A stretch of DNA of 64,000 bases from an uncultured Nitrospina sp. (GCA_937891765.1 CALAGQ010000038.1:9079-73078); one strand, 5' to 3'. Shown: positions 9,407 to 19,852, numbered from the stretch's first letter. Notes: generated by a model from the sequence alone, not told the origin. Translations and numbers: made by a program.

Positions 9407-11221
9407 TTAATCCAACTCAAATTCTTCCTGCCAGTTATTGTCGGCTTCGAGAGGTTTTTGATCTTTTTTATCGAGCACGAAATTTTCCAACACGAGGGTG
9501 TCCATTTCCGTACGCATGAAGCAGCGGTAGGCCTGCTCCGGAGTGCAGACAATGGGCTCGCCACGGACATTGAACGAAGTGTTGATCACCACGGCGCATT
9601 GCGTGGCTTTTTCAAACTCTTTGATCACTGCATAAAATTTAGGATTGGTCTCGGCATGAACGGTTTGGATGCGGGCCGAATAATCCACATGCGTGATCGC
9701 CGGAATTTCAGATCGAGGAACGTTCAACAGATCGATGCCAAACAATTTTCCTTGCTCTTCGGTCATAGGAAGGCGTTTGTCTTCGCGCACTCCAGCTACC
9801 AACAACATATAAGGACTCTCGGAATCGATCTCAAACCATTCCTCAACCTTGTCGGCCAAGACTGCTGGAGCAAAAGGACGAAACGATTCGCGGTACTTGA
9901 TCTTCAGGTTCATCGTTGATTGCATTTTAGGATTCCTGGCATCACCAATGATGCTTCTTCCCCCTAACGCGCGCGGACCAAACTCCATCGGCCCCTGAAA
10001 TAATCCGACGACTTTCCCGGCTTGCAAATCTTCCGCCACCGCTGTAGCCAGTTGAGAGTCATCATAATGTTTGTAGGGAATATTCTGCCCGTCTAAAAAT
10101 TTTCTAATTTCATCATCCTCAAACTTCGGGCCGAGATAAGCTCCCCGCATCGAGTCTTTGCCGTTGGTTGTTCTTTCGTTTCCCAGCATCTGATGCCAGA
10201 TACTGAGGGCTACGCCCAACGCGCCTCCCGCGTCGCCGGCCGCCGGTTGAATCCAAATACTATCGAAGATTTTTTCTTTGAGAATCTTACCGTTGCCGAC
10301 GCAATTTAAGGCCACGCCTCCCGCAAGGCACAGATTGTTCATGCCAGTGAGTTCGCGGATGTGACGAGCCATTTTAAGCATGATCTCTTCGGTCACCTTT
10401 TGCAGGGACGCTGCGATATCCATTTCCTTTTGCGTGAGCTGAGTTTCGGATTTGCGGGCAGGGTGACCCAACACCTGCGCGAACTTGTCATTGGTCATCG
10501 TCATGCCGCCCAGATAATCGAAGTACTCCATGTTCATTCTAAAGGAGCCGTCTTCTTTGAGGTCGATCAGGCGGTCGAGGATAATGTCGGTATATTTTGG
10601 TTCACCATAAGGGGCCAGTCCCATGACTTTGTATTCGCCGCTGTTGACTTTGAATCCGAGATAATAGGTGAACGCTGAATAAAGCAGGCCAAGAGAATGT
10701 GGGAAGTGCAGTTCCTGCAACAAGTCGATCTTATTGTCCTTGCCCTGGGCGATACTGCTGGTCGCCCACTCGCCCACGCCATCCATGGTAAGAATGGCGG
10801 CTTCCTGAAACGGCGAGGGGTAGAACGCGCTGGCGGCGTGCGACTCGTGATGCTCGGCGAACAGAACCGGGCCGTTATAGTCCAGATCTTTGCGGATATT
10901 GGCGCGGGTCCACAACTTGTCCTTCAACCAGATAGGTATCGCCGACAAATATTGCCTGAGACCATTGGGAGCGATACCCATATAGGTTTCCAAAATGCGC
11001 TCGAACTTGATGAACGGCTTGTCATAAAACCCGACGTAATCCAGATCAGAAGTTTTTATGCCGCCCTGCTTCAGGCAGAACTCCACCGCGTTTTTGGGAA
11101 ACGAGGCATCGTGCTTCTTGCGGGTGAATCGCTCTTCTTGGGCCGCGGCGATAATTTCACCGTCTTGCACCAGACACGCTGCCGAGTCATGGTAAAATGC
11201 AGATATTCCGAGTATGTTCAT
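9407..11221 (-). CDS. carbamoyltransferase, NodU/CmcH/TobZ family
   Basis: GISAFYHDSAA, HHESHAASAFY, MDGVGE, GGVALNC, EFGPRALGGRS, FRPFAP, NTSFNVRGEPIV. Confidence 0.93.
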   Translation of the reverse strand: MNILGISAFYHDSAACLVQDGEIIAAAQEERFTRKKHDASFPKNAVEFCLKQGGIKTSDLDYVGFYDKPFIKFERILETYMGIAPNGLRQYLSAIPIWLKDKLWTRANIRKDLDYNGPVLFAEHHESHAASAFYPSPFQEAAILTMDGVGEWATSSIAQGKDNKIDLLQELHFPHSLGLLYSAFTYYLGFKVNSGEYKVMGLAPYGEPKYTDIILDRLIDLKEDGSFRMNMEYFDYLGGMTMTNDKFAQVLGHPARKSETQLTQKEMDIAASLQKVTEEIMLKMARHIRELTGMNNLCLAGGVALNCVGNGKILKEKIFDSIWIQPAAGDAGGALGVALSIWHQMLGNERTTNGKDSMRGAYLGPKFEDDEIRKFLDGQNIPYKHYDDSQLATAVAEDLQAGKVVGLFQGPMEFGPRALGGRSIIGDARNPKMQSTMNLKIKYRESFRPFAPAVLADKVEEWFEIDSESPYMLLVAGVREDKRLPMTEEQGKLFGIDLLNVPRSEIPAITHVDYSARIQTVHAETNPKFYAVIKEFEKATQCAVVINTSFNVRGEPIVCTPEQAYRCFMRTEMDTLVLENFVLDKKDQKPLEADNNWQEEFELD

Positions 11222-11303
11222 AATTAGATAGATGATTATTGAGAACGCTATTTATTCTCTAAGGCAATCAGGAGCTCATTAAACCGAGAATATCGTTGCC
11301 TTG

Positions 11304-11762
11304 CTAAAAGGAATCCAGCGTCACGCTGGTCAGCCAGAGCAACCAGAGTCCGGCAAAAAGCACTGCTGCGTTCAACTTGACCGATAAAGAATGCAAACTC
11401 TTGAAGCGGGCTTCGAGGTTTGGCTTTTCAGTTTCAGAAGAAACTTTTAATTGTTCTTTAAGAACTTTTGCCTTGGGGTTAACTCCGAGGCCTGCGCTGG
11501 CTGTCCCTAACATCATGATACCCCAGGCGCACCATTTAAGGCCGGCGGCCCCACTCAGCAGAAGCACCCCCAACACCAGCACGCCGCACACATAACCGAT
11601 CATGTAGTAGCGAGGGAAAATGATGCCGACCACTTCCCCGGCTTTCTCCCGTTCCAGAGCTTTAAAAACTACGGGAGCGACAAAGAAGGAGAAAAAGATA
11701 ATACTGCCTATCCAGCAAACCAGACTTAGCAGGTAGATGAAATTTATTAACGTGGAATTGAT
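11304..11762 (-). CDS. DUF4149/TMEM205-like membrane protein; the frame extends ~43 codons upstream of the track's GTG (11633) without ATG
   Basis: upstream in-frame NSTLINFIYLLSLVCWIGSIIFFSFFVAPVVFKALEREKAG is a typical first TM helix; C-terminal RFKSLHSLSVKLN; ATC at 11762-11760 follows GAGGA. Confidence 0.7.
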   Translation of the reverse strand: MNSTLINFIYLLSLVCWIGSIIFFSFFVAPVVFKALEREKAGEVVGIIFPRYYMIGYVCGVLVLGVLLLSGAAGLKWCAWGIMMLGTASAGLGVNPKAKVLKEQLKVSSETEKPNLEARFKSLHSLSVKLNAAVLFAGLWLLWLTSVTLDSF

Positions 11763-12469
11763 TTTATTTCCTCAATAATTTTTTGCGTTGCAGCTCTTGG
11801 GTCTTCGGCATCACGAATGGGCCTGCCGACAACAATCATATCCGCCCCATCTTCTATAGCCTGAGAAGGCGTTGCGATGCGGTTTTGATCGTCACCCGAA
11901 ATACGAGCCCATTCTGGGCGGATTCCCGGAACGACAATTTTGAATCCTTCACCACATTTTTGTTTGACCAGTTTTGCTTCCTCGCCCGAACAAACGATTC
12001 CAGCGCACCCAGAGTTTTGCGCCCGGATTGCACGATCCAGAACTAAGGCTGCCGCATTAAGGTCGTCACGAATACCCAGACTCGCCAGAGAAGACGCGCT
12101 CGTACTGGTGAGCACCGTTACTGCCAGCACTTCCAAACCCGAACCCCTCACTTCTTCAGCCGTCTCAAGAATCGTTTCCCCTTCAGTAGAGTGGATGGTG
12201 ATGTACCGCACTCCCAATTTTTCAGCAGAGCGCAAAGCTCCCCGCATCGTAACGGGAATATCGTGAAGTTTGAGGTCCAAAAAAATATTCGCTGCGGAAT
12301 GATCCTGAATCATTTTGATCACATCGGGACCTTCGCTGATAAACAGTTCCAATCCGACCTTGAAACAACCAACCACCCCGTCCAGCAATTGGACGTAATG
12401 TTCTGCTTCCTTTTTCCCTGGAACATCCAGAGCGAAGATCAACCGGTCTTGTGGATTCATTGCATTCAT
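11747..12469 (-). CDS. pyrF: orotidine-5'-phosphate decarboxylase
   Basis: LIFALD, FKVGLEL, FLDLKLHDIP, VVPGIRP, IVVGRPI. Confidence 0.95.
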   Translation of the reverse strand: MNAMNPQDRLIFALDVPGKKEAEHYVQLLDGVVGCFKVGLELFISEGPDVIKMIQDHSAANIFLDLKLHDIPVTMRGALRSAEKLGVRYITIHSTEGETILETAEEVRGSGLEVLAVTVLTSTSASSLASLGIRDDLNAAALVLDRAIRAQNSGCAGIVCSGEEAKLVKQKCGEGFKIVVPGIRPEWARISGDDQNRIATPSQAIEDGADMIVVGRPIRDAEDPRAATQKIIEEIKSIPR

Positions 12470-12489
12470 AAAGTTGAGTATACCAGCTA

Positions 12490-13425
12490 TTAATGATGAA
12501 AAATATTCGCGGGATAACGAGTCATGATGGAATGATCTTTAATATCCGGTCTTTTGGAGTCCAGCTCCTGACCGACCAGTTCTTGATACATCATTAAGGG
12601 TACATTGCCTCCGGCAGAAATGGTGTGCACAAAACCACTGCCGAAACGCAGGTTCACATCGGTGAAGTAAAACGCGTCATCCTGAATACCCTGAATCGTG
12701 CAGGGTCCTGTCAAACCCAGCTTGGTTCCCAGCGCTTCCACCTTACCGATGATGGTCGCATCCATATTGATACGACTGACCATGACCTCACCACCACGAA
12801 CAGCCAACCGTTCACGCGGCACAATCAAGCGGGGCGAGCCATGCTGGTCGAAAAATGCATCGACACTGAATTCCTGTCCATCGATTCGTTGTTGAAAAAC
12901 ATGCTGGGGACATTTTTTCATATAAAACTCCAGGTCGCCACCGTCCTCCAGAACAAACAAATCTTTACTGCCTTCACCTCGGCGCGGTTTGGCAATGAGA
13001 GGAAATTCCGTTTCTATTTTTCCCGGCAAAAATGTTTGCGGAGTGTCAAACCCTTCCGCTTTTAAAAACTCAAACAGTTTCCATTTATCGTGGCAGATTT
13101 CGATGGCACGATTTTGTGGTATCCACAAATGGCACCCACCTGCACCCAGTTTCTCACGATGCTCGGCCATGAACTCAATAGACTTGTTGGTCAGGGGAAC
13201 CAGAGCAGAAATATTTTCGCTCTCACAAAGAGCAAGAACAGATCGCAGGCATTTAGAATCTGAAAAAAGCGGCAACGCCTCTGAGCGATCAGCTTCTATG
13301 AAGGAAGGCGCGAGCGCGTCGCTATCGGCACAGATCAGCTCAATAGAGGGTTTCACGTTCTGGAACGCCTTGATCAGAGAAACCCGCCAATGCGAAGCCA
13401 GAAAAAGGATTTTTAAAGTTTTCAT
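12490..13425 (-). CDS. ATP-grasp domain protein (CarB-like single domain)
   Basis: ICHDKW, PLIAKPRRGEGSK, QQRIDGQEFSVD, FTDVNLRFGSG. Confidence 0.85.
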   Translation of the reverse strand: MKTLKILFLASHWRVSLIKAFQNVKPSIELICADSDALAPSFIEADRSEALPLFSDSKCLRSVLALCESENISALVPLTNKSIEFMAEHREKLGAGGCHLWIPQNRAIEICHDKWKLFEFLKAEGFDTPQTFLPGKIETEFPLIAKPRRGEGSKDLFVLEDGGDLEFYMKKCPQHVFQQRIDGQEFSVDAFFDQHGSPRLIVPRERLAVRGGEVMVSRINMDATIIGKVEALGTKLGLTGPCTIQGIQDDAFYFTDVNLRFGSGFVHTISAGGNVPLMMYQELVGQELDSKRPDIKDHSIMTRYPANIFHH

Positions 13426-13451
13426 TTAAAGAAGTTCTCTTTCATCAACCA

Positions 13452-14003
13452 CTAATACGTAGCCAGATGTCCTATCTGCTTGAGAATTTTTGCCGACGCA
13501 CCCCAGATTCTATGATGCCGAAACCAGTACATCACCCCTTCTTCAGAAGGCTTGCTCCCGACATCCCGTTGTTGCGTGGCAAGCAGGGAGGTAAAAGGAA
13601 TTTCCAGAACTTCTCCCACCTCATTCTCGGCGGGTTCATACTCGGGGGCAGAAGGCAGAACGGAAACAAAAGGGGTGATTTCAAATCCCAATCGTGTGTG
13701 GACCATAGGAAGCCGCCCCAACACATTTTCGGGTTCAATCTCAATGGCAAGTTCTTCCTCGGTCTCCCTTAAAGCCGTGGCCAACAGGTCGTCATCTTCA
13801 TCCTCAAACACTCCGCCGGGAAAACCCACTTCCCCCGCATGATACCTGAGATGCATGGCTCTTTTGGTCATCAGCACATGGGTTTTATTGTGCCGGGGAT
13901 AAAGCATAACCATCACCGCAGCCCGCTGGGGATGCGCGAGGGTCGCTTCCCGCACCAGAGGGAAATTGTGCTGCAATTTATGTTTGATTAAAAACAGGTC
14001 CAT
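13452..14003 (-). CDS. NUDIX hydrolase, CoA pyrophosphatase family
   Basis: HAGEVGFPGG...ALRETEEE Nudix box; IWGASA. Confidence 0.9.
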   Translation of the reverse strand: MDLFLIKHKLQHNFPLVREATLAHPQRAAVMVMLYPRHNKTHVLMTKRAMHLRYHAGEVGFPGGVFEDEDDDLLATALRETEEELAIEIEPENVLGRLPMVHTRLGFEITPFVSVLPSAPEYEPAENEVGEVLEIPFTSLLATQQRDVGSKPSEEGVMYWFRHHRIWGASAKILKQIGHLATY

Positions 14004-14012
14004 CGGGCTTAT

Positions 14013-14354
14013 CTACCAAACCTTTTTGTATTCTTCGAGATCAAACCCGACGGTGATTTTATCTTTATCCACCGCGATCGGACGTTTGACCAACCTTCCA
14101 TTAGACGCCAGCAAATCTATCGCCTGACTTTCAGTCATGGTTGCCAGTTTATCCTTGATCTTCAACTCGCGATACTGAACTCCGCTGGTATTGAATAGTT
14201 TTTTCATTCCCTTGGCTTTCATCGCCGCTTTAAGGATCTGCTTGGTCGGCGGCGTTTCGGTAATATCGAACAACTCAAACTTGACCTTCCGGTCTTCCAA
14301 AAACCGGATCGCTTTACGACAAGTTCCACACTTATTATAAGAATATAACTTCAT
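14013..14354 (-). CDS. ArsC/Spx/MgsR family protein
   Basis: CGTCRKA, LFNTSG..YRE, LVKRPI. Confidence 0.9.
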   Translation of the reverse strand: MKLYSYNKCGTCRKAIRFLEDRKVKFELFDITETPPTKQILKAAMKAKGMKKLFNTSGVQYRELKIKDKLATMTESQAIDLLASNGRLVKRPIAVDKDKITVGFDLEEYKKVW

Positions 14355-14369
14355 CTGAAAATCCCCCCA

Positions 14370-14486
14370 CCAGCATGACGCTGGACTCAGTTAGCAATGT
14401 CTCTTTACTGGTAAGAAAAAAGCTGCCTCGGCTTAAACAAGTTCTTGCCCGTTTCCCACCGGCGGGTCGCCGGCCACGCCCAGTGG
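14370..14486. repeat. mosaic repeat cluster in the arsC/smc divergent spacer
   Basis: 14370-14400 is the near-exact reverse complement of 56781-56811; CTCGGCTTAAAC at ~14427; reversed core variant CCACTGGGCGTGG at 14474-14486. Confidence 0.65.
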
Positions 14487-14624
14487 TACAATATATTGTG
14501 GGCCGGGATTTGAAGTATACCAAACTTGGTATAATTTCACTTTACAATATCTCAGGATTGGGATAATCTTCCTGCCAGAATATAAGACTTTAAAGATCCG
14601 ATAATCCCCGGAGCCCAACCAGAT

Positions 14625-17600
14625 ATGTACCTGAAAAATTTAGAAATAGAGGGTTTTAAGTCGTTTGTCGACTCCACCAATCTGGAGTTTAGAAACGGTT
14701 TTACGGCCATTGTCGGCCCCAATGGTTGCGGAAAGAGCAATGTCTCCGACGCGATTCGCTGGGTCATCGGCGAGCAAAGGTCCAAAACCCTGCGTAGCAC
14801 CCGCATCACGGATCTCATATTCAATGGCAGCAGTAGCCGAAAACCGGTGAACCGGGCAGAAATCTCTCTGACCCTATCCAATGTGCCAGCGGGGATCCGG
14901 ATCGCCGGGATTTCCAACGTGGCTGAAGATGTCAAAGTCACCCGTTGCTACCATCGTTCCGGCGAAAGCGAATTTTACATCAACCAGATTCCATGCCGCT
15001 TGAAGGATATCACGGATTTTCTTATGGATGCTGGGATCAGCCCAAAGGTCCTGACCATTATCGAGCAGGGCCATATTCAGGACATCATTACTTCCAAACC
15101 GGAAGAAAGACGTATCTTGATTGAAGAGGCTGCGGGAATCCTGAAATTCAAGCACCGCAAAAACGAAGCCATCCGCAAGCTCGACAGTTCGCGCCAGAAC
15201 TTGGAACGGGTGGCAGATATTGTTCAGGAACTGGCCCGGCAGGTTGAATCGTTAAAGCGCCAGGCCGCCAAGGCAGAACGCTATAAACAATATAAAGCCG
15301 AAGTCAAAGAACTGTCTATGAAGCTTTTCTCCATCAAAGTCCGCCGCTACCAGGCGCAGCTTGAGACGATAGAAGCGGAGCTAGAGGCAAAAACAGAAAA
15401 GAAAACCGAGTGGAACGCCCGTCTCTCCACCTATGAAAACCAGATCGCCCAACTCAATGTAGAAATCGAAGAATCGCTGAACCGGCTGAATGAAGCGCGC
15501 GAAACCATTCATCAATTGAAATCCAAAATTGGTAGCAGCGAACAAAGCATTGCTTTTAAAAAAGAACAAAAAATTGAAGCGGAAGCGGATATCGAATCCG
15601 CCGCAGAAGAAATCTCCCAGATGACAGGGGAAATTAGCGGCCTGACAAACCAGATCGAAAATGAAAGGCAGAACCTTTCTGCTACCTCGCAGGAAATCAA
15701 TGAGCAGGAAATTGTGCTGGACCAGCGCAAAGCTGAAAACGAGCAGAAGCGGGATGCGTTGCAGGAAATTCAGGAACAGGTTCTCAGTGGCGAAAAAAGC
15801 GTTCACAACTTATTCCAGCAGACAGCCCAATCGAAAAACCAGATGACCGCTCTTGATACCCGCATCCAGGGATTGGAGGCCGGGCAGGAAAAACTGGTGA
15901 TAGAAAAGGAAGAAATCCGCCACCAAATCCAGGAAAACCAGTCGGGTCTCGCGCAGGGAGAAGCGGAACACCAGCAGAAAACTGAGGAACTTGCGCGTTT
16001 GAAAGAACAGCAAGAGGCATTGCGGCAGGAAACCACCTCCTACTCGCAACAGCTCCAAGCCGAAATAGACAATCATAGCTCCAAAAAAGAGGACTACTTT
16101 CATAAATCCTCCCTTCTCGGTTCATTGGAAAAACTGCGGAATCAGTTTGAGGGATTTCACGATGGCGTTAAATCTCTGATGAGCCAGCAGAACGGTGAAC
16201 GCATTCCGGGAATCCGGGAAGTGCTGGTCGATGTGTTGCAAACACCGGCAGAATATGAATTAGCCATCGAAACAGCTTTGGGCGAAAAACTGCAAAGCGT
16301 TATTGTCAATAACTACTCCGATTCGATGGAGGCCATCGGCTATCTTAAAAACCATCATTCCGGCCGAGGCTTGTTCGCTCCTCTCAATCCGAAATTGATT
16401 CCCTCCGCGCCTCTTTATACGAATGGCACACAGGGAATCGTCGGGAAAGCCCTCAGCTTTATCGAATGCCAGGAAGAGTACCGGCCTGTTATCGATTTGT
16501 TGCTGAAAAACGTTGTCATCGTTCAGGATATGGATGTCGCCCTGCACCTGCATCAGGAACCAGAATTCCACGGAACCGTCGTCACCTTGAACGGAGAAAT
16601 GATCGACGCGAACGGATTCGTCACCGGAGGCTCGTTGGAAGATGATTCCTCAAGCCTGCTTGCCAGAAACCGTGAAATAGAAACTCTCACCCGTAGTGTC
16701 GGTAGCGTTAAAGAGGCATTGGATGCCTCGCAGGAAAATATCGAAAGCAAAAAACAGAACCTTTTCCAATTCGAGTCCAACCTGAGACAACTGGATCAGC
16801 AGACCCATGCCGCCGAGATCGCGACGAACAACAAACGCCGTGATCTGGAACAATCGCGTCAGGAAGCAGAACGTCTTGGCAGCAAGAGTTCCTCCATTGA
16901 CGGTGAAATCGCAGCCATTGACCTGGAAAGAGAAAAACTCGTCACCGAGAAATCTTCGTTGGACCAGCAATTGGAATCCGCCGAACAAAAAAGGATTGAG
17001 GCAGAAGAACTTGTAGCTGGCTATCGGTTAGAACTGGAACAGAGCCGATCCGGCCTTGAGGAAATTTCATCCGAGATCAGCCGACTCAAAGTTCTGATCG
17101 CCTCGCTGATAGGTCGAAGGGAAAACACGCTCACCGAAATCAAGCGACTGGAGCTTCAGCAACAAAACCTGAAGCAACAGATTGAAAGGCGCGAGTCGGA
17201 CCGCGTTTCCAACCAGAACAGAATCACTGAATTTGAAGGTGAGATTTCGACTCTGGAAAGCACCGTCCTCAAACTTTCTCGGGAAAAAGATCAACTGACA
17301 GAAACAGCCGTTCAGGAAGAAGAGTCCCTTCGTCAGAAAGAAGACGATCAAAAGGGAATGGAGCAGGACACTCGCGAGCTTTCCCGAAAAATTCAGGAGA
17401 TCACCGAAACCCTCTCTCAAATAGAAATCAAGCGATCTGAAAACCGCCTGCAAATCGTCCATCTGGAAGAACGCGCTTACGAAGACTTCAATGCAACACG
17501 GGAAGAATTGCAGTCGGCCTATGATGAAACCATTGATGAACGTGAAACGGACGAACAGGTTAAAGAGCTCAAGGAAAAAGTAGCAAAATTAGGCGAGGTC

Positions 17601-18182
17601 AACCTTGCGGCACTTTCGGATTTTGAAAAAACCAACGAGCGTTACACCTTCCTGAAAAAACAGCAGGACGATCTGGCCGAGTCCATCGAACTGCTGCATA
17701 CAACCATTGAAAAAATAAACCACACCACCAAACAACGGTTTCTCGATACCTTTGAACTGGTGAACGAAAACTTCAAGGAAATTTTTGCGCGTCTCTTTCA
17801 GGGAGGCAAGGCAAGCCTGACCCTGGTTGACGAGGCCAACCCTCTCGATTCGGGAATTGAAATCAGCGCCAATCCTTTCGGCAAAAGCCTGCAAAGTCTG
17901 GCCCTGATGTCCGGAGGAGAAAAAGCCATGACCGCCATCGCCCTGATGTTCGCGGTATTCAAAGTCCGACCCAGTCCCTTCTGCCTGTTGGATGAAGTAG
18001 ATGCCCCACTGGATGAAGCCAATGTGGTTCGGTTTCAGGAAATGCTCAAGGAAATGGCCGTCAACACGCAATTCATCATCATCACCCACAACCAAAAAAC
18101 CATGTCTTTCGCCAATGCCCTCTACGGCATCACCATGGAAGAACAAGGTGTCTCCAAAGCAGTCTCCGTCCACTTCAACTAA
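14625..18182 (+). CDS. smc: chromosome segregation protein SMC
   Basis: Walker A GPNGCGKSN, long coiled coils, hinge, MSGGEK signature, Walker B CLLDEVDAPLD. Confidence 0.97.
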   Translation: MYLKNLEIEGFKSFVDSTNLEFRNGFTAIVGPNGCGKSNVSDAIRWVIGEQRSKTLRSTRITDLIFNGSSSRKPVNRAEISLTLSNVPAGIRIAGISNVAEDVKVTRCYHRSGESEFYINQIPCRLKDITDFLMDAGISPKVLTIIEQGHIQDIITSKPEERRILIEEAAGILKFKHRKNEAIRKLDSSRQNLERVADIVQELARQVESLKRQAAKAERYKQYKAEVKELSMKLFSIKVRRYQAQLETIEAELEAKTEKKTEWNARLSTYENQIAQLNVEIEESLNRLNEARETIHQLKSKIGSSEQSIAFKKEQKIEAEADIESAAEEISQMTGEISGLTNQIENERQNLSATSQEINEQEIVLDQRKAENEQKRDALQEIQEQVLSGEKSVHNLFQQTAQSKNQMTALDTRIQGLEAGQEKLVIEKEEIRHQIQENQSGLAQGEAEHQQKTEELARLKEQQEALRQETTSYSQQLQAEIDNHSSKKEDYFHKSSLLGSLEKLRNQFEGFHDGVKSLMSQQNGERIPGIREVLVDVLQTPAEYELAIETALGEKLQSVIVNNYSDSMEAIGYLKNHHSGRGLFAPLNPKLIPSAPLYTNGTQGIVGKALSFIECQEEYRPVIDLLLKNVVIVQDMDVALHLHQEPEFHGTVVTLNGEMIDANGFVTGGSLEDDSSSLLARNREIETLTRSVGSVKEALDASQENIESKKQNLFQFESNLRQLDQQTHAAEIATNNKRRDLEQSRQEAERLGSKSSSIDGEIAAIDLEREKLVTEKSSLDQQLESAEQKRIEAEELVAGYRLELEQSRSGLEEISSEISRLKVLIASLIGRRENTLTEIKRLELQQQNLKQQIERRESDRVSNQNRITEFEGEISTLESTVLKLSREKDQLTETAVQEEESLRQKEDDQKGMEQDTRELSRKIQEITETLSQIEIKRSENRLQIVHLEERAYEDFNATREELQSAYDETIDERETDEQVKELKEKVAKLGEVNLAALSDFEKTNERYTFLKKQQDDLAESIELLHTTIEKINHTTKQRFLDTFELVNENFKEIFARLFQGGKASLTLVDEANPLDSGIEISANPFGKSLQSLALMSGGEKAMTAIALMFAVFKVRPSPFCLLDEVDAPLDEANVVRFQEMLKEMAVNTQFIIITHNQKTMSFANALYGITMEEQGVSKAVSVHFN

Positions 18183-18185
18183 TCA

Positions 18186-18353
18186 GCGTGCCGCCGATGG
18201 CAATGAGGCGGTGCCGCTAACGCGACCGCCCAAGACGTAGCCACCGCTGGCAAATTACAATGTCTTTATCTTGTGGGCAAATGTACTCTGGGTTCTTTGG
18301 GCCATTACTGGCCCCACGCCGAATGGATTGCTCATTGGCCCCACGTCGAGTGG
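18186..18353. repeat. mosaic repeat cluster: GGCGGT..ACCGCC hairpin, a full ~85-bp element and a second core
   Basis: hairpin 18207-18230; 18243-18326 aligns by eye with 41467-41555 and 59213-59310; second core 18328-18353. Confidence 0.8.
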
Positions 18354-18393
18354 GTGGTATAATCCGCCTTACTTAATTTAACTTCATTGTGTT

Positions 18394-19746
18394 ATGGCGG
18401 AAGCGAAAGACATTGACGACAGCCTGGAGTTCCTCCGGTATTTTGAAAAAAATACCGAGAACCCCGACCTTGGCACCCTCATCCGGGAGAAGTTGAGTCT
18501 CGACAAAAAATCTCTTAACCTTTTAGGTTGCCATCTTAGCGAAGAAGATTTCAAAATCATCGCCGGAGCCAGTCCTCTTAAATCTCTTTCTTCCCTGAAC
18601 CTTGAGCAGACCGGTTTGAATTCGAGCGGACTGCAACCGCTCAGCGCCTCCGATTGTTTTTGCAATCTGGAAAACCTTTCGCTGGCCAACAATAATCTCG
18701 ACGACGAAGCCTTATTCTTTCTTTCCAAGTGTCGGGCGCTGACGCTCCTGCAAGACTTGAGTTTATCCAGCAACGAAATCGGCACGCTGGGTGCCAAGGT
18801 TCTTTCTCTGGCAGAAGGCCTGAACAACCTAGAGCGGTTGAACTTTTCCTATAACCGTTTGGAGCCGCTTGGCATTAAATCGCTTGTCGACTCAAAACTT
18901 GGCCGCCAATTAACCAATATCAATCTTCGCGACACAGGGATTGGTGATGAGGGTTTAAGATTTTTAATGCAGGCACCACCTCTTGAAAAGATCGTCACGA
19001 TTGATCTTTCTGATAATGGTTTGACCCATGAAGGAATGGAGGCCTTGGCTCAGTCTCGAGTGTTTCCTAATCTCAAAGTTTTGATCCTGAACAACAACCA
19101 TCTTGGAGATGACGGAGTCTATGCTATGGCCGAGTCTCCCATGTTTGAAAAACTGGAAACACTGGTCATGCATAATAATGGGTTGACGACCGACAGTGCC
19201 ATTTCTCTTTCCACCTCAAAATCGATCACCCAACTTAGAACACTGGATCTGAATAACAACGATCTTCGTGCCGAGGGAGTGAGGGCGCTGGTGGGATCGG
19301 CAAATATGCAAAACATGGAAACTCTCGATCTCGGCGAAAATAAAGTTGGTCACGAGGGCGCGGAGGCTTTGGCGCAATCTCCTCATTGCGGCAGGCTGAA
19401 ATCTTTGCGACTGAACAATAATAATATTGCCGATCAGGGGGCTTCGGCACTGGCCTGTTCTACTACCCTGACTCAATTGGAATCTTTATACCTGGAAAAC
19501 GAAAACTGGATTCACGCACAAGGCGCCAAGGCGATTGCCGAGTCCAAAAATTTGTCCAACCTGCGTCGGCTGGTGCTCGCCTTGAATGCTATTGGCGATG
19601 AAGGCGCCGTTCATCTGGCCAATTCCCACCCACTCTCCGGCCTGCATTTTTTAAACGTCGCGGGCAACAAGCTCAGTCCCAGAGGGGAAGATGCCCTGCA
19701 AAAATCCACGGCGCTGGCTAATCTTCAAGTTCTTGAAATTGTTTGA
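18394..19746 (+). CDS. leucine-rich repeat protein with ~15 repeats of 27 aa
   Basis: repeated LxxLxLxxNxI/LGxxGxxxL units, e.g. TLLQDLSLSSNEIGTLGAKVLSLAEGL. Confidence 0.9.
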   Translation: MAEAKDIDDSLEFLRYFEKNTENPDLGTLIREKLSLDKKSLNLLGCHLSEEDFKIIAGASPLKSLSSLNLEQTGLNSSGLQPLSASDCFCNLENLSLANNNLDDEALFFLSKCRALTLLQDLSLSSNEIGTLGAKVLSLAEGLNNLERLNFSYNRLEPLGIKSLVDSKLGRQLTNINLRDTGIGDEGLRFLMQAPPLEKIVTIDLSDNGLTHEGMEALAQSRVFPNLKVLILNNNHLGDDGVYAMAESPMFEKLETLVMHNNGLTTDSAISLSTSKSITQLRTLDLNNNDLRAEGVRALVGSANMQNMETLDLGENKVGHEGAEALAQSPHCGRLKSLRLNNNNIADQGASALACSTTLTQLESLYLENENWIHAQGAKAIAESKNLSNLRRLVLALNAIGDEGAVHLANSHPLSGLHFLNVAGNKLSPRGEDALQKSTALANLQVLEIV

Positions 19747-19852
19747 TAAAACGGTTTTTATGATCCCTCCTTTGAGGAAAGGGGGTCCGGCATACCAATA
19801 TTTGAGGTAAGCAGACCTTCTACAGGTTGATTTTCCTGTCTCGGGTGCTATC

